DNA from: Candidatus Lloydbacteria bacterium RIFCSPHIGHO2_02_FULL_50_18
Lineage (GTDB): Bacteria; Patescibacteriota; Minisyncoccia; Phycocordibacterales; UBA6899
Reading direction: 5' to 3'
DNA length: 64,000 nt
Assembly: GCA_001821395.1 (NCBI GenBank)
Contig: MHLM01000004.1
Coordinates: 32,001 to 96,000 of the forward strand
Both the position numbers and the translations under genes were made by a program. The notes below the pieces were generated by a model. That model did not search any database. It worked only from the letters and a program-made list of their open reading frames with translations, and had not been told where the DNA came from. Shown piece after piece: positions 7,248-16,437 of this stretch; within the stretch, counting starts at the first letter, position 1, and each line of letters begins with the position of its first letter.

Positions 7248-8993
7248 ATGAGCTTTCCTCTATTTTTGGCACAAAAAGGATTGTTCCGCGAAGATGATAT
7301 TCCTGAATTGACGAAGGAGGCTGAAAAAGCGCTCGGAGGCATCGACGAGGTGCTTTCTCGCGGTGGTATGAGCGGAGATGATATTCTTACGCTCAAAAGT
7401 GAGTATTATGGAATGCCCGCTCGAACACTTGATGGCACCAAGATTCCCGTTGATGTGCTGAAGTATATTCCTGAAGATTCCGCACGACATTATCAGGTCG
7501 CCCCACTTTCGGTGGAAAATCAGATCCTCGAGATAGGTATCGTCGACCCTGATATGACGCAGGCGCGTGATGCCGTGCAATTCATCGCTGCGAAGCTCGG
7601 AATGCCTTTTAAATTCTTCCTCATTACGCAGACCGACTTCAATCAGATCCTTGTACAGTATCAAAATCTTTCGGGTGAGGTGGGAAAAGCGCTTTCCGAG
7701 CTGGGCACCGGAGAACATAAGGAGCTTACCGAGGCCTCGGCACAGGGTGATGTTTCAACGATCGACGAACATGCACGCGTTGATGTAAAAGGGGAGGAAT
7801 CAAGGATCGTTGAAGATGCACCGGTCACCAAAATCGTTGCCGTGATATTGAAACACGCCGTTGAGGGTAATGCGTCAGATGTGCATATCGAACATACGGG
7901 GGAGAAGGTCCGTGTGCGTTTTCGTGTCGATGGCGTCATGTATACCTCGCTTATTTTGCCCGTGAATGTCCATAGTGCCGTCGTTGCGCGCATCAAAATA
8001 TTGGCCCAGCTGAAATTGGACGAAAAGCGAAAGCCTCAGGATGGGCGCTTCTCTGCGCGGATGGATGACAAGAAAGTTGATTTCCGTGTCTCTACATTCC
8101 CAGCGTATTATGGCGAAAAGGTCGTGATGCGTATTCTGGATACCGGAAAGGGTGTAAAATCGCTCGATCAGATGGGTCTTTCCGCGGAGCATTTAAAGCT
8201 CTTGCGCGATGCGATCAGTACCCCGTACGGTCTTATTTTGGTGACGGGTCCGACCGGATCGGGAAAATCAACAACGCTGTATTCCATGCTGAACGAGCTT
8301 GATCGCGAAAAACGCAATGTGATCAGTCTTGAGGATCCGGTCGAGTACAATATCCCCGGAGTGAGCCAGTCACAAGTACGTCCCGAGATAGGGTATACCT
8401 TTGCGAGCGGACTTCGCTCGATCCTTCGTCAGGACCCCGATATCATCATGGTGGGAGAGATCCGCGATAAAGAGACTGCTCAGCTTGCGATACAGGCGGC
8501 ACTCACCGGGCATCTTGTGTTTTCGACGCTACATACGAACAACGCGGCAGGCGTCATTCCTCGTCTTATCGACATGGAAGTCGACCCATACCTCATCGCA
8601 CCAACCCTCATCATGGCGCTAGGTCAGCGACTGTTGCGTACGATGTGTCCCGAGTCGAAAAGCCCCGTACCGCTGACCGAAAGCATGAGATTGATGATCG
8701 AGAAGCAGCTTTCCGATCTCCCGAAGGAAGCACGCGACCTCATTACAATACCGGATCATGTATATGAAGCCGTCCCGTCTCCCTCGTGTCCGTCAGGAAC
8801 AAAGGGGCGCACGGCCGTATTTGAATTTTTGAAAATGGATCGAGATCTTGAGCATATTGTACTCACAAATCCTGTTGAGCAGGCGGTATATGAGGCGGCG
8901 CGGGCCAAGGGAATGCTTACTATGAAGGATGATGCCATTAAGAAGGCTTTTGAGGGCATAATTCCGTTCGAAGAGATCAACAACATCGTCTGA
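7248..8993 (+). CDS. pilB: type IV pilus assembly ATPase PilB (GspE family)
   Basis: N-terminal GSPII_E-N domain, Walker A GPTGSGKSTT and the His box VFSTLHTNNAAG; 581 aa. Confidence 0.9.
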   Translation: MSFPLFLAQKGLFREDDIPELTKEAEKALGGIDEVLSRGGMSGDDILTLKSEYYGMPARTLDGTKIPVDVLKYIPEDSARHYQVAPLSVENQILEIGIVDPDMTQARDAVQFIAAKLGMPFKFFLITQTDFNQILVQYQNLSGEVGKALSELGTGEHKELTEASAQGDVSTIDEHARVDVKGEESRIVEDAPVTKIVAVILKHAVEGNASDVHIEHTGEKVRVRFRVDGVMYTSLILPVNVHSAVVARIKILAQLKLDEKRKPQDGRFSARMDDKKVDFRVSTFPAYYGEKVVMRILDTGKGVKSLDQMGLSAEHLKLLRDAISTPYGLILVTGPTGSGKSTTLYSMLNELDREKRNVISLEDPVEYNIPGVSQSQVRPEIGYTFASGLRSILRQDPDIIMVGEIRDKETAQLAIQAALTGHLVFSTLHTNNAAGVIPRLIDMEVDPYLIAPTLIMALGQRLLRTMCPESKSPVPLTESMRLMIEKQLSDLPKEARDLITIPDHVYEAVPSPSCPSGTKGRTAVFEFLKMDRDLEHIVLTNPVEQAVYEAARAKGMLTMKDDAIKKAFEGIIPFEEINNIV

Positions 8994-9116
8994 ACTTTGT
9001 TTTTGGCGCATTGCTCGGCCTTCCCTTGGCAGGATTGGAAGCAGTATAACCCATACAGCTTCTCAATCACTGCCGCAGTCCAGACCTTCGCACTGCATCC
9101 AAAAACAAAGTTCAGA
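8992..9116. repeat. 17-bp perfect inverted repeat enclosing a ~90-nt loop, immediately after the pilB stop
   Basis: CTGAACTTTGTTTTTGG at 8992-9008 is exactly complementary to CCAAAAACAAAGTTCAG at 9100-9116. Confidence 0.7.
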
Positions 9117-9271
9117 TATTGCTCGGATATGAGCTTTTCCCGCACCTTATGATGCACCCACTTGCAGAGACGGGTCGAAAATCGCGCTACGCGCGGTCTC
9201 AGGACGGGTTGATTATTCCCTATGGTTATGAGTTGTATGAAAAGAGAGAAGTCATGATATTATAAACGCAT

Positions 9272-9673
9272 ATGCCAAAAGAAAAAAAAGAACCCACGAT
9301 CCTTATTATCGACGATGATTCATTTCTTCTCGATATGTATGCCTTAAAGTTTTCCCAGAAGAATTTTCATGTGACGACGGCATCCGGTACGCTCGAAGCT
9401 CTTGAAAAACTGCGCGGCGGATTTGTTCCGGAGATCATGGTTGTCGATCTCGTAATGCCGGCAATGGACGGGTTTGAATTCCTCGAAGTCGTGCGGGGAG
9501 AAAAGCTCGTGAAGGACTCATTGGTGATCATCCTCTCCAATCTTGGCGAACAGGAGGATATCGACCGCGGACTCGGACTTGGTGCGGCCGGGTACATCAT
9601 AAAGGCATCCGCTACGCCATCTGAGGTGGTGGAAAAAGTATCGGAAGTGCTCGGAAAGAGAGATAAAAAATAA
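9272..9673 (+). CDS. single-domain response regulator (CheY/PilH-like receiver)
   Basis: ILIIDDDSFLLDMYALKF...MPAMDGFEFLEVV matches a REC domain with the phospho-acceptor Asp. It lies between pilB and pilT. Confidence 0.8.
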   Translation: MPKEKKEPTILIIDDDSFLLDMYALKFSQKNFHVTTASGTLEALEKLRGGFVPEIMVVDLVMPAMDGFEFLEVVRGEKLVKDSLVIILSNLGEQEDIDRGLGLGAAGYIIKASATPSEVVEKVSEVLGKRDKK

Positions 9674-9687
9674 GACAAACCTATCAT

Positions 9688-10758
9688 ATGACCCAAGCTG
9701 AGTATAAAAAAGAACTAGAGGATCTCGTGCTGACGGTTATCCATGAAGGCGCTTCCGACCTGCATCTCGTTGTGGGTCGCCACCCGACGATCCGTGTTTC
9801 CGGAGAATTGATCCCGCTGGTCAAAAAACCACTACTCACACCCGAAGTGACGGAGGGATTGATAAGGGAATTGCTTACCGAAGAGATCTTCGTCAAATTC
9901 AAGCAGGATAAGGAGGTAGACTTTTCATTCTCTTTCGGTAAGGAGGCGCGTTTCCGCGGAAACGGTTTTTTTCAAAAAGGTACGATCGCAGTGGCACTCC
10001 GTCTCATTCCGAAGAAGATCAAAACTCTTCAGGAGCTTGCTTTGCCTCCGGTCTTGGAAATGTTCACCAAGCGAAAGCAAGGATTCTTTTTGGTCGTCGG
10101 TCCGGTTGGGCAGGGAAAATCGACCACACTTGCCGCAATGATCGAAATGATCAATCGCGAGCGTGCAGAGAACATCATCACCATCGAGGATCCGATCGAG
10201 TACGTGTTCACACCTGATCGTTCGATCATCAGTCAGCGTGAAGTGCATTTTGACACGAAGGATTTTCAGATCGCGTTGCATGCATGTTTTCGAGAGGACA
10301 TCGACATCATCTTGATCGGTGAAATGCGAGGACTTGAAACGATCTCGACGGCAGTGACCGCTGCTGAGACGGGGCATATGGTATTTTCGACGCTCCATAC
10401 CAACAATGCGTCACAAACGATCGACCGCATTATCGACTCATTTCCTCCTGAGCAGCAAGACCAGATCCGTGTCCAGCTTGCTGGTTCGCTCGCGGGAATA
10501 TTCTCACAACGTCTCGTTCCACGCATCTCCGGCGGTCTCGTTCCGGCATATGAACTCTTGATCAACAACAATGCAGTGGCCAACTTGATCCGTGAGCGTC
10601 GTACGCACGAGATACCGATGGTCATCGAGACGGGAATGGAGCTCGGCATGATCGATATGAACCGATCACTCGCGGAGCTCGTACGCGCAGGGGAGATCAC
10701 GGCGGAGAATGCGTATTTGCACTCCTTCAATCCGCGGTCACTCGAGCGAATGATCTAA
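9688..10758 (+). CDS. pilT: twitching-motility ATPase PilT
   Basis: Walker A GPVGQGKSTT, MVFSTLHTNNA and the PilT C-terminal AIRNLIRE-like motif (VANLIRERRTHEI); 356 aa. Confidence 0.9.
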   Translation: MTQAEYKKELEDLVLTVIHEGASDLHLVVGRHPTIRVSGELIPLVKKPLLTPEVTEGLIRELLTEEIFVKFKQDKEVDFSFSFGKEARFRGNGFFQKGTIAVALRLIPKKIKTLQELALPPVLEMFTKRKQGFFLVVGPVGQGKSTTLAAMIEMINRERAENIITIEDPIEYVFTPDRSIISQREVHFDTKDFQIALHACFREDIDIILIGEMRGLETISTAVTAAETGHMVFSTLHTNNASQTIDRIIDSFPPEQQDQIRVQLAGSLAGIFSQRLVPRISGGLVPAYELLINNNAVANLIRERRTHEIPMVIETGMELGMIDMNRSLAELVRAGEITAENAYLHSFNPRSLERMI

Positions 10759-10771
10759 CCATGACTTTCAT

Positions 10772-10875
10772 TTTTCGCGCCTCACTTTGTTACGGGGCCC
10801 CAGCGACTCGGTCAACATATATGAATATGTCTTCCTTGTCGCTTTCCCCGCGCCTCGTGACGCATCGAAAAATGA
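10772..10875. repeat. intergenic repeat A, copy 1 (about 93% identical to 35327-35440)
   Basis: TTTTCGCGCCTCACTTTGTT...CCCCAGCGACTCGGTCAACATATATGAATATGTCTTCCTTGTCGCTTTCCCCGCGCCTCGTGA(C/T)GCATCGAAAA. Both copies start within 15 nt after an ATPase-gene stop codon (pilT here; ftsE for copy 2). Confidence 0.8.
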
Positions 10876-11276
10876 AAGTCATGAAGGGTGTCGTTGTTCG
10901 ACGCCTCGCCCTGTATCAAAAAATAGGCCTCAGGTCTTATGTCGTGGGTCCGACAAACGTACTTTGAGTACGTCTGCTCGGACACCACTTCCTTGACGCC
11001 TCGTATTGCATCAGAAACCACGTCGAATTTGCATCTAATGCTCAACGCCTCGTGACGTATCGAAAAATGGAAGTGCTCTTGTGGCGCCTTGAGTACTGAA
11101 TTTTAGCAGTACGCTTATGGTATATCAAAAAATATTACTTCATATCGTTGATTGCTCGAATGTACTCCGAATATGTCTATCGGATATCGCCGCGTAAGGA
11201 GCCACCCTTCTTTGGTGGTTCGTTTTTATAAAGATGCTGTATAATATACTGGTCAGCTAAGTGACATCAACCACAT

Positions 11277-12488
11277 ATGCTTTATCGTTACAAATCCATT
11301 GATCAGTTAAGTGGAGAGGAGAAGTCCGGCACCATCGATGCGGCCTCAGTGGATATCGCGATAGGCTCGCTTCAGCGTCGAAAGTTGATCATCGTCTCTA
11401 TCGTCCCCGCAGACAACGTTCCGTTTTATGAAAAGATGATGTCGATCGGGCAAAAGGTCGCATATCGCGATGTCGTTATTTTGTCGCGCCAGATAGCGAC
11501 ACTCTTCAATGCGCAGGTCTCTGCGCTCCGTGTTTTTCAGCTACTCTCCCTTGAGGCGGAAAATGATATTCTCAAAGTACGCCTGAATGAGGTGACCGAA
11601 GATATTCAGGGCGGAATGTCTCTTTCCGATGCGCTCCATCGACATTCCGATATTTTCTCTGATTTTTATGTAAACATGGTGCGTGCGGGTGAGGAGTCAG
11701 GTAATCTTTCCAATACATTCAACTACCTCGCCGATTATCTTGATCGTTCGTTTGAACTTGTGTCAAAAACAAAGAATGCCCTGATCTACCCCGCTTTTGT
11801 TGTGGTGGTATTCATTATCGTGATGATCTTGATGCTGGTGATCGTCATACCAAAACTGTCAGCGATCATTACGGAGACCGGTAAAGAGCTTCCTTTTTAT
11901 ACAAAGGTCACGATCGGCGCCTCGAACTTTCTTATCCACTATGGCTTGTTCCTGCTCGTTATCGTGGTTATCGGAGTCTTTGCGCTCCTTCGTTTTATGA
12001 GCACTGATAAGGGAAAGGAAGCACTTTCTCAATTTTCCCTTACTCTTCCCTATATTGGCGATTTATACAAGAAGCTCTATCTCGCGCGTATCGCCGACAA
12101 CTTGAACACGATGCTTACATCGGGTATCGCCGTGGTGCGCGCGGTCGAGATAGCGGCTTCTGTCGTGGGGAATAAGGTCTATGAATCCATCCTGCTCGAG
12201 GTCTCGTCCGATGTGCGAACAGGTGTGTCGCTGTCACAGGCGATGAGTAAGCACCCAAAGGAGATTCCGGGGATCATGGTGCAGATGATCAAGGTGGGTG
12301 AGGAAACGGGAGAGGTGGGAAATATTCTTGAAACACTTTCAAAATTCTATAAACGAGAGGTTGATAACGCGGTTGAAACACTGATATCACTCATCGAGCC
12401 TGCAATGATCATCATGCTTGGACTTGGTGTGGGAGGGCTTCTGGTTTCGGTGCTGATGCCTATTTACGACATCGCCGGCTCCTTCTAG
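11277..12488 (+). CDS. pilC: type IV pilus inner-membrane platform protein PilC (GspF family)
   Basis: Duplicated GspF-type domains with conserved TM segments; 403 aa. Confidence 0.85.
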   Translation: MLYRYKSIDQLSGEEKSGTIDAASVDIAIGSLQRRKLIIVSIVPADNVPFYEKMMSIGQKVAYRDVVILSRQIATLFNAQVSALRVFQLLSLEAENDILKVRLNEVTEDIQGGMSLSDALHRHSDIFSDFYVNMVRAGEESGNLSNTFNYLADYLDRSFELVSKTKNALIYPAFVVVVFIIVMILMLVIVIPKLSAIITETGKELPFYTKVTIGASNFLIHYGLFLLVIVVIGVFALLRFMSTDKGKEALSQFSLTLPYIGDLYKKLYLARIADNLNTMLTSGIAVVRAVEIAASVVGNKVYESILLEVSSDVRTGVSLSQAMSKHPKEIPGIMVQMIKVGEETGEVGNILETLSKFYKREVDNAVETLISLIEPAMIIMLGLGVGGLLVSVLMPIYDIAGSF

Positions 12489-12745
12489 TCAAGAGTTCGC
12501 TAAGGTCGCGTCTACGTCGTTATCTGCGGAACGAACCCCGCTCGTCGTACTCCGAGTACGCCTCGGGAGGTGTCGTTCCTTGATGCCTCGTATCCACGAT
12601 CTTATCGGACTTTTGGGTGCGGCCTGCTCGCGGACCCTGTCACTTGGTCAACATATTTGCGTCAGCATCTTCCTTTTTTCCATTTTGGAACGACTTCCGT
12701 TGTTCTTTTTCTTAGGTTTGGTTAAAAAGACTCATATCGCATATA

Positions 12746-12751
12746 ATACCT
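12746..12751 (+). promoter_or_regulatory. candidate -10 box TATAAT upstream of the ABC transporter operon
   Basis: TTGGTT (12716), an 18-nt spacer, then TATAAT (12746), 15 nt before the ATG at 12767. Confidence 0.35.
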
Positions 12752-12766
12752 TCATCTATAAAGCGT

Positions 12767-13630
12767 ATGAATGCTATTGAAATTAAAAAATTATCAAAAG
12801 AGTATTATACGGTGGTTGGCACCGTGGCTGCGGTGCATGAGCTTTCGCTTACCGTTCCGAGCGGAAGCGTCTTCGGATTTCTCGGTCCGAATGGGGCCGG
12901 TAAGACGACGGCGATGAAAATGTTCGTCGGACTCACGGAGCCATCGTCGGGAGAGATCACTATCGCCGGGGGAAGCCCGAAAGACATTCTTACGAGGAAG
13001 CGCATCGGTTTTATGCCGGAGTCGCCCTCATTCTACGCGTATCTTTCGGGAAGAGAGTTTCTCGAACTGGTCGCTGCGATCTTTGGAACGGCAAATGCGA
13101 CCTCGCGTATCAATGAAGTGCTGAAAGAGGTCGACTTGGTCGGGAGGGAAGGGCGACAGATCCGCACGTACTCAAAGGGGATGCTGCAGCGGCTGGGCCT
13201 TGCACAGGCCATCCTTAATGATCCGGATATTCTCTTCCTTGATGAACCGCTTGACGGACTTGATCCGCTGGGGCGCGCGGAGATCAAGCAGGTCATCATT
13301 GCGCTCAAGGAGCGAGGGAAGACCGTTTTTCTCAATTCACACATCCTCGCCGATGTCGCAGAGATCTGTGATCAGGTCGGGATCATCGACAAGGGGTGTC
13401 TCATCGCTTGTGAGAGTCCTGAGATACTGTCAAAGGGCTATCGTGATCTTGAGGATGCATTTGTGCATATTATAAAGAACAAACGAGATATTTCAGGTGT
13501 CGGACATAAGCAAATGCAAATGGATGAAATTCGAGACGTGGGGGATGAGACGAGGAAGACGTATTCTGATACGTTGACTGAGTCTCGGGGGCCCCACAAC
13601 GAAGAAGTTCGCCATTTACATAAGTCCTAA
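12767..13630 (+). CDS. ABC transporter ATP-binding protein
   Basis: Walker A GPNGAGKTT, a signature-like YSKGMLQRLGLAQA, and Walker B ILFLDEP. Confidence 0.8.
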   Translation: MNAIEIKKLSKEYYTVVGTVAAVHELSLTVPSGSVFGFLGPNGAGKTTAMKMFVGLTEPSSGEITIAGGSPKDILTRKRIGFMPESPSFYAYLSGREFLELVAAIFGTANATSRINEVLKEVDLVGREGRQIRTYSKGMLQRLGLAQAILNDPDILFLDEPLDGLDPLGRAEIKQVIIALKERGKTVFLNSHILADVAEICDQVGIIDKGCLIACESPEILSKGYRDLEDAFVHIIKNKRDISGVGHKQMQMDEIRDVGDETRKTYSDTLTESRGPHNEEVRHLHKS

Positions 13631-13635
13631 TTATT

Positions 13636-14406
13636 ATGATGAACAGGATCCTCGCCATTGCTCGTAATACCTTTCGCGAAACGCTGCGTGACCGCATCTT
13701 GTGGTCGGCGCTCGTCGTCATGCTCGCGCTCATCGCATTTTCGCTTTTTGTCGGTTCGGTTTCATTGGGACAAGACCAGCGCATGATCATTGATTTTGGC
13801 TTGACCGCGATCTATCTGCTGCAGATCTTCGTTGCTATCTTCATCGGCTCGATGCTCATGTACCGCGAGGTTGACCGTAAGACATTCTTTCTGATCATTC
13901 CGAAGCCGATCCATCGGGAAGAGATCATTCTGGGAAAATGCCTTGGTCTCACCGCTACCACTATCGCGGTAACGGCCCTTTCGACCCTCGCACTTTTTTG
14001 TATCCTGTTCATAAGGGGGATTCATGGCGCATACCTTGCGATCCTCCTCTCGGTCCTCCTCTCGGTGTTCGAATCGGTCATTCTGATACTTCTTTCGATC
14101 TTGCTGTCGGGGCTAACCTCCCCGATCCTTGCCGCCATCTATACTATTGCCTTCTTTTTGATCGGTCATTCAAGCGACATCCTACGGACACTGATCGCTG
14201 CGCAAGAGTCGGCGGTGTCAGGTTTTTTCTTGAGTACGGCGTATTACGTCATGCCGAATCTCGAGAAATTCAACATTCGTAATGAGGTGGTGTATGGCGT
14301 GCTTCCCGATACGCGCGGTATTGCCGTTTCGGTTCTCTATGCGTTTTGCTATTCCGTCTTTCTTTTCCTTCTTGCGCGTGCCATGTTTAATAAAAAAGAG
14401 TTTTAA
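13636..14406 (+). CDS. ABC-2 family transporter permease
   Basis: Six predicted TM segments; directly downstream of the ABC ATPase. Confidence 0.6.
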   Translation: MMNRILAIARNTFRETLRDRILWSALVVMLALIAFSLFVGSVSLGQDQRMIIDFGLTAIYLLQIFVAIFIGSMLMYREVDRKTFFLIIPKPIHREEIILGKCLGLTATTIAVTALSTLALFCILFIRGIHGAYLAILLSVLLSVFESVILILLSILLSGLTSPILAAIYTIAFFLIGHSSDILRTLIAAQESAVSGFFLSTAYYVMPNLEKFNIRNEVVYGVLPDTRGIAVSVLYAFCYSVFLFLLARAMFNKKEF

Positions 14407-14472
14407 TTTCTTGCGACAAAGAGGTGATCCCTTAGCTTTGGAAGGTGTCACCTCAGAAATACCACCACTCTA

Positions 14473-15309
14473 ATGATCTTACATCCCCGCACATTCAACA
14501 TCGTCATGGTACTCGCCCCCCTCTTGTTTCTAGGCGCGTCCATCGGGGCGCAGCTTCGGTATGACGCGGTGCTGATGGAGCATTTTAACCTCCGGGAGCC
14601 GATGCATCGTTTCATCATGCCCGCTCCGGTCGTTCGCTATTTTGCTTTTGGATTTGAGAATATCCTCGCCGATTATTATTGGGTTTCCGCCATTCAGGAT
14701 CTCAACAAATGGGATAGACGTGATACATATTATCCGGAATATTTTCGTATCATTGCGACGCTCGACCCAAAATTTGAATACCCGTATACTTTTGCCGCAT
14801 TGACCATTCCGTCAAAAAAAAATCCCGAGTCGCTTACTTGGCTTGCTGATATTAGTGAGCGGGGGATGGTGGCACTCCCGTCAAGTTGGCAGATACCGTT
14901 CTACACCGGCTTAGAGTTTCACACCGTCGGGAGATTATACGAGCGAGCTGCGTATTATCTTGGTATCGCTTCTGCTATAGAATCAAGTCCGGAAGCGGCA
15001 CGTACCGCATATGGACTTTTTCTGCTTCATTCATCGACTGACTACGAGCGGTCACGCGCACTGTTCACTGCGATCTATGAAACTACCGATAGTCAGGAGA
15101 CCAAAAAGATAGCGCAAGAACGTATCATATTGCTCGATTTTATCGAAGCTGTTGATAGGGCATCGGAACTATATAAAGATCGCCATTTGATATATCCCGA
15201 ATCCCTTGAAGTGCTGGCAAGCGATGGGTTGATCCAAGTCCCTCCTGACCTCATCAAGCGATTTCCCATTGAGATAGACCTTCAAACTGGAAAAGCCTCT
15301 TTGTTGTAG
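14473..15309 (+). CDS. hypothetical protein with an N-terminal signal/TM segment
   Basis: 278-aa ORF with an N-terminal hydrophobic helix and no recognisable motifs. Confidence 0.4.
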   Translation: MILHPRTFNIVMVLAPLLFLGASIGAQLRYDAVLMEHFNLREPMHRFIMPAPVVRYFAFGFENILADYYWVSAIQDLNKWDRRDTYYPEYFRIIATLDPKFEYPYTFAALTIPSKKNPESLTWLADISERGMVALPSSWQIPFYTGLEFHTVGRLYERAAYYLGIASAIESSPEAARTAYGLFLLHSSTDYERSRALFTAIYETTDSQETKKIAQERIILLDFIEAVDRASELYKDRHLIYPESLEVLASDGLIQVPPDLIKRFPIEIDLQTGKASLL

Positions 15310-15509
15310 CCATTTCTGTGAACGGAGCAGCCGTTGCGGCCTGAGTCCCCACCCTCCTCCCTCGTGTGCAAGTACGACATAAAATACTCATGGTTATCCA
15401 CACCTCTTACATGCGGGAAATGTCCCGCGTGGTACCATTAATACATTGCCTGCTTCGGCTAATGAGGCAGATATATCTTGGTAATTATTAATTATTATTT
15501 AAATTTTTT

Positions 15510-16049
15510 ATGATGTTTATTTCATTGAAAAATCGTACGAAGGGTTTCACCCTGATCGAGCTCCTCGTTGTGATCGCGATCATCGGTATTCTGTCGTCCG
15601 TCGTGCTTGCATCGCTCTCGACTGCGCGGGCAAAGTCACGTGACGCAAAGCGCATCTCGGACCTTGGTCAGGTACAGCTTGCACTCGAGCTTTACTTCGA
15701 TTCAGCTCAAAGTTATCCGATCAGTGCGGCGGCTGCTCCGTACGTGATTCCCGCAGCTCTTGCGCCAACGTATATTCCGCTAGTTCCCGTTACTCCTGGA
15801 GGCGCGACTGCATACCAGTACCTCGGATTAGGGACTCCCGCAGCGAACATATATCCTAATTGTACCGTTGTTACGTGCAATTCGTATGGACTTTTTGCCG
15901 AGCTTGAGCGCAACGATAATACCATCGTTACGACGGACACTGACACTATCACTTCCGGCGTTGTTATCAGAGGTGATTCAGTCGCCTGTTTGGTGGCTGC
16001 TGCAGCAGCCGGTGCGGGACTTGAGCGTTGTTACGATATTAGGCCGTAA
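15510..16049 (+). CDS. pilA: type IV pilin (class III signal peptide; major pilin candidate)
   Basis: Prepilin leader MMFISLKNRTKG|FTLIELLVVIAIIGIL with G-1 and E+5. Confidence 0.8.
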   Translation: MMFISLKNRTKGFTLIELLVVIAIIGILSSVVLASLSTARAKSRDAKRISDLGQVQLALELYFDSAQSYPISAAAAPYVIPAALAPTYIPLVPVTPGGATAYQYLGLGTPAANIYPNCTVVTCNSYGLFAELERNDNTIVTTDTDTITSGVVIRGDSVACLVAAAAAGAGLERCYDIRP

Positions 16050-16080
16050 TACGGTTTTCATGGATCTCATTCGCGATTCG

Positions 16081-16116
16081 AAAAACACCCCGAGCTCATG
16101 CTCGGGGTGTTTTTTG
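16081..16116 (+). terminator. rho-independent terminator after the pilin gene
   Basis: AAAAACACCCCGAGC-tcat-GCTCGGGGTGTTTTTT: a perfect 10-bp stem followed by a T-run. Confidence 0.8.
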
Positions 16117-16422
16117 TTTCCTTGAACCCCCCTCCAATGTCAAGGTTTAACCTTGACAAAAAATGATGAAAATATGGCTATAAATGGTAAATAAAAGCGT
16201 GTCAGTAGACTTTGCTTTCGTGTGCTTGCTTTGACTTCAGAGCTTTTGGGCCGACGTAGTATCTTACTGCCATTGTATTGAGGATAGCCTGCAAATATGA
16301 AGTTTTTTGGGGACATCACTGTTGAGCGCCGATGAACGAAATTTGAACAAGGGTGAGAGATCCATTAGCACTGCGCCGTTCGTGCCCTGCATAACTGTCG
16401 CAGTGATCTGCGGTACTCATGG

Positions 16423-16428
16423 TATAAT
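16423..16428 (+). promoter_or_regulatory. TATAAT -10 box 9 nt upstream of the pilD ATG (possible leaderless transcript)
   Basis: GGTATAATTGTTGCTATATG; the ATG is at 16438. Confidence 0.35.
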
Positions 16429-16437
16429 TGTTGCTAT

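Noticed and set aside
10761-10967. Small ORFs at 10761-10967 and 35279-35503 sharing the peptide APATRSTYMNMSSLSLSPRLV.HRK
   Set aside because: The shared peptide simply reflects the ~93% identical nucleotide repeat A. There is no RBS, and the frames differ outside the repeat.
15310-15509. Sigma-54 (-24/-12) promoter upstream of the pilin gene
   Set aside because: TGGTAC...TTGC is present, but the GG-to-GC spacing is 15 nt instead of 10, so it does not fit the consensus.
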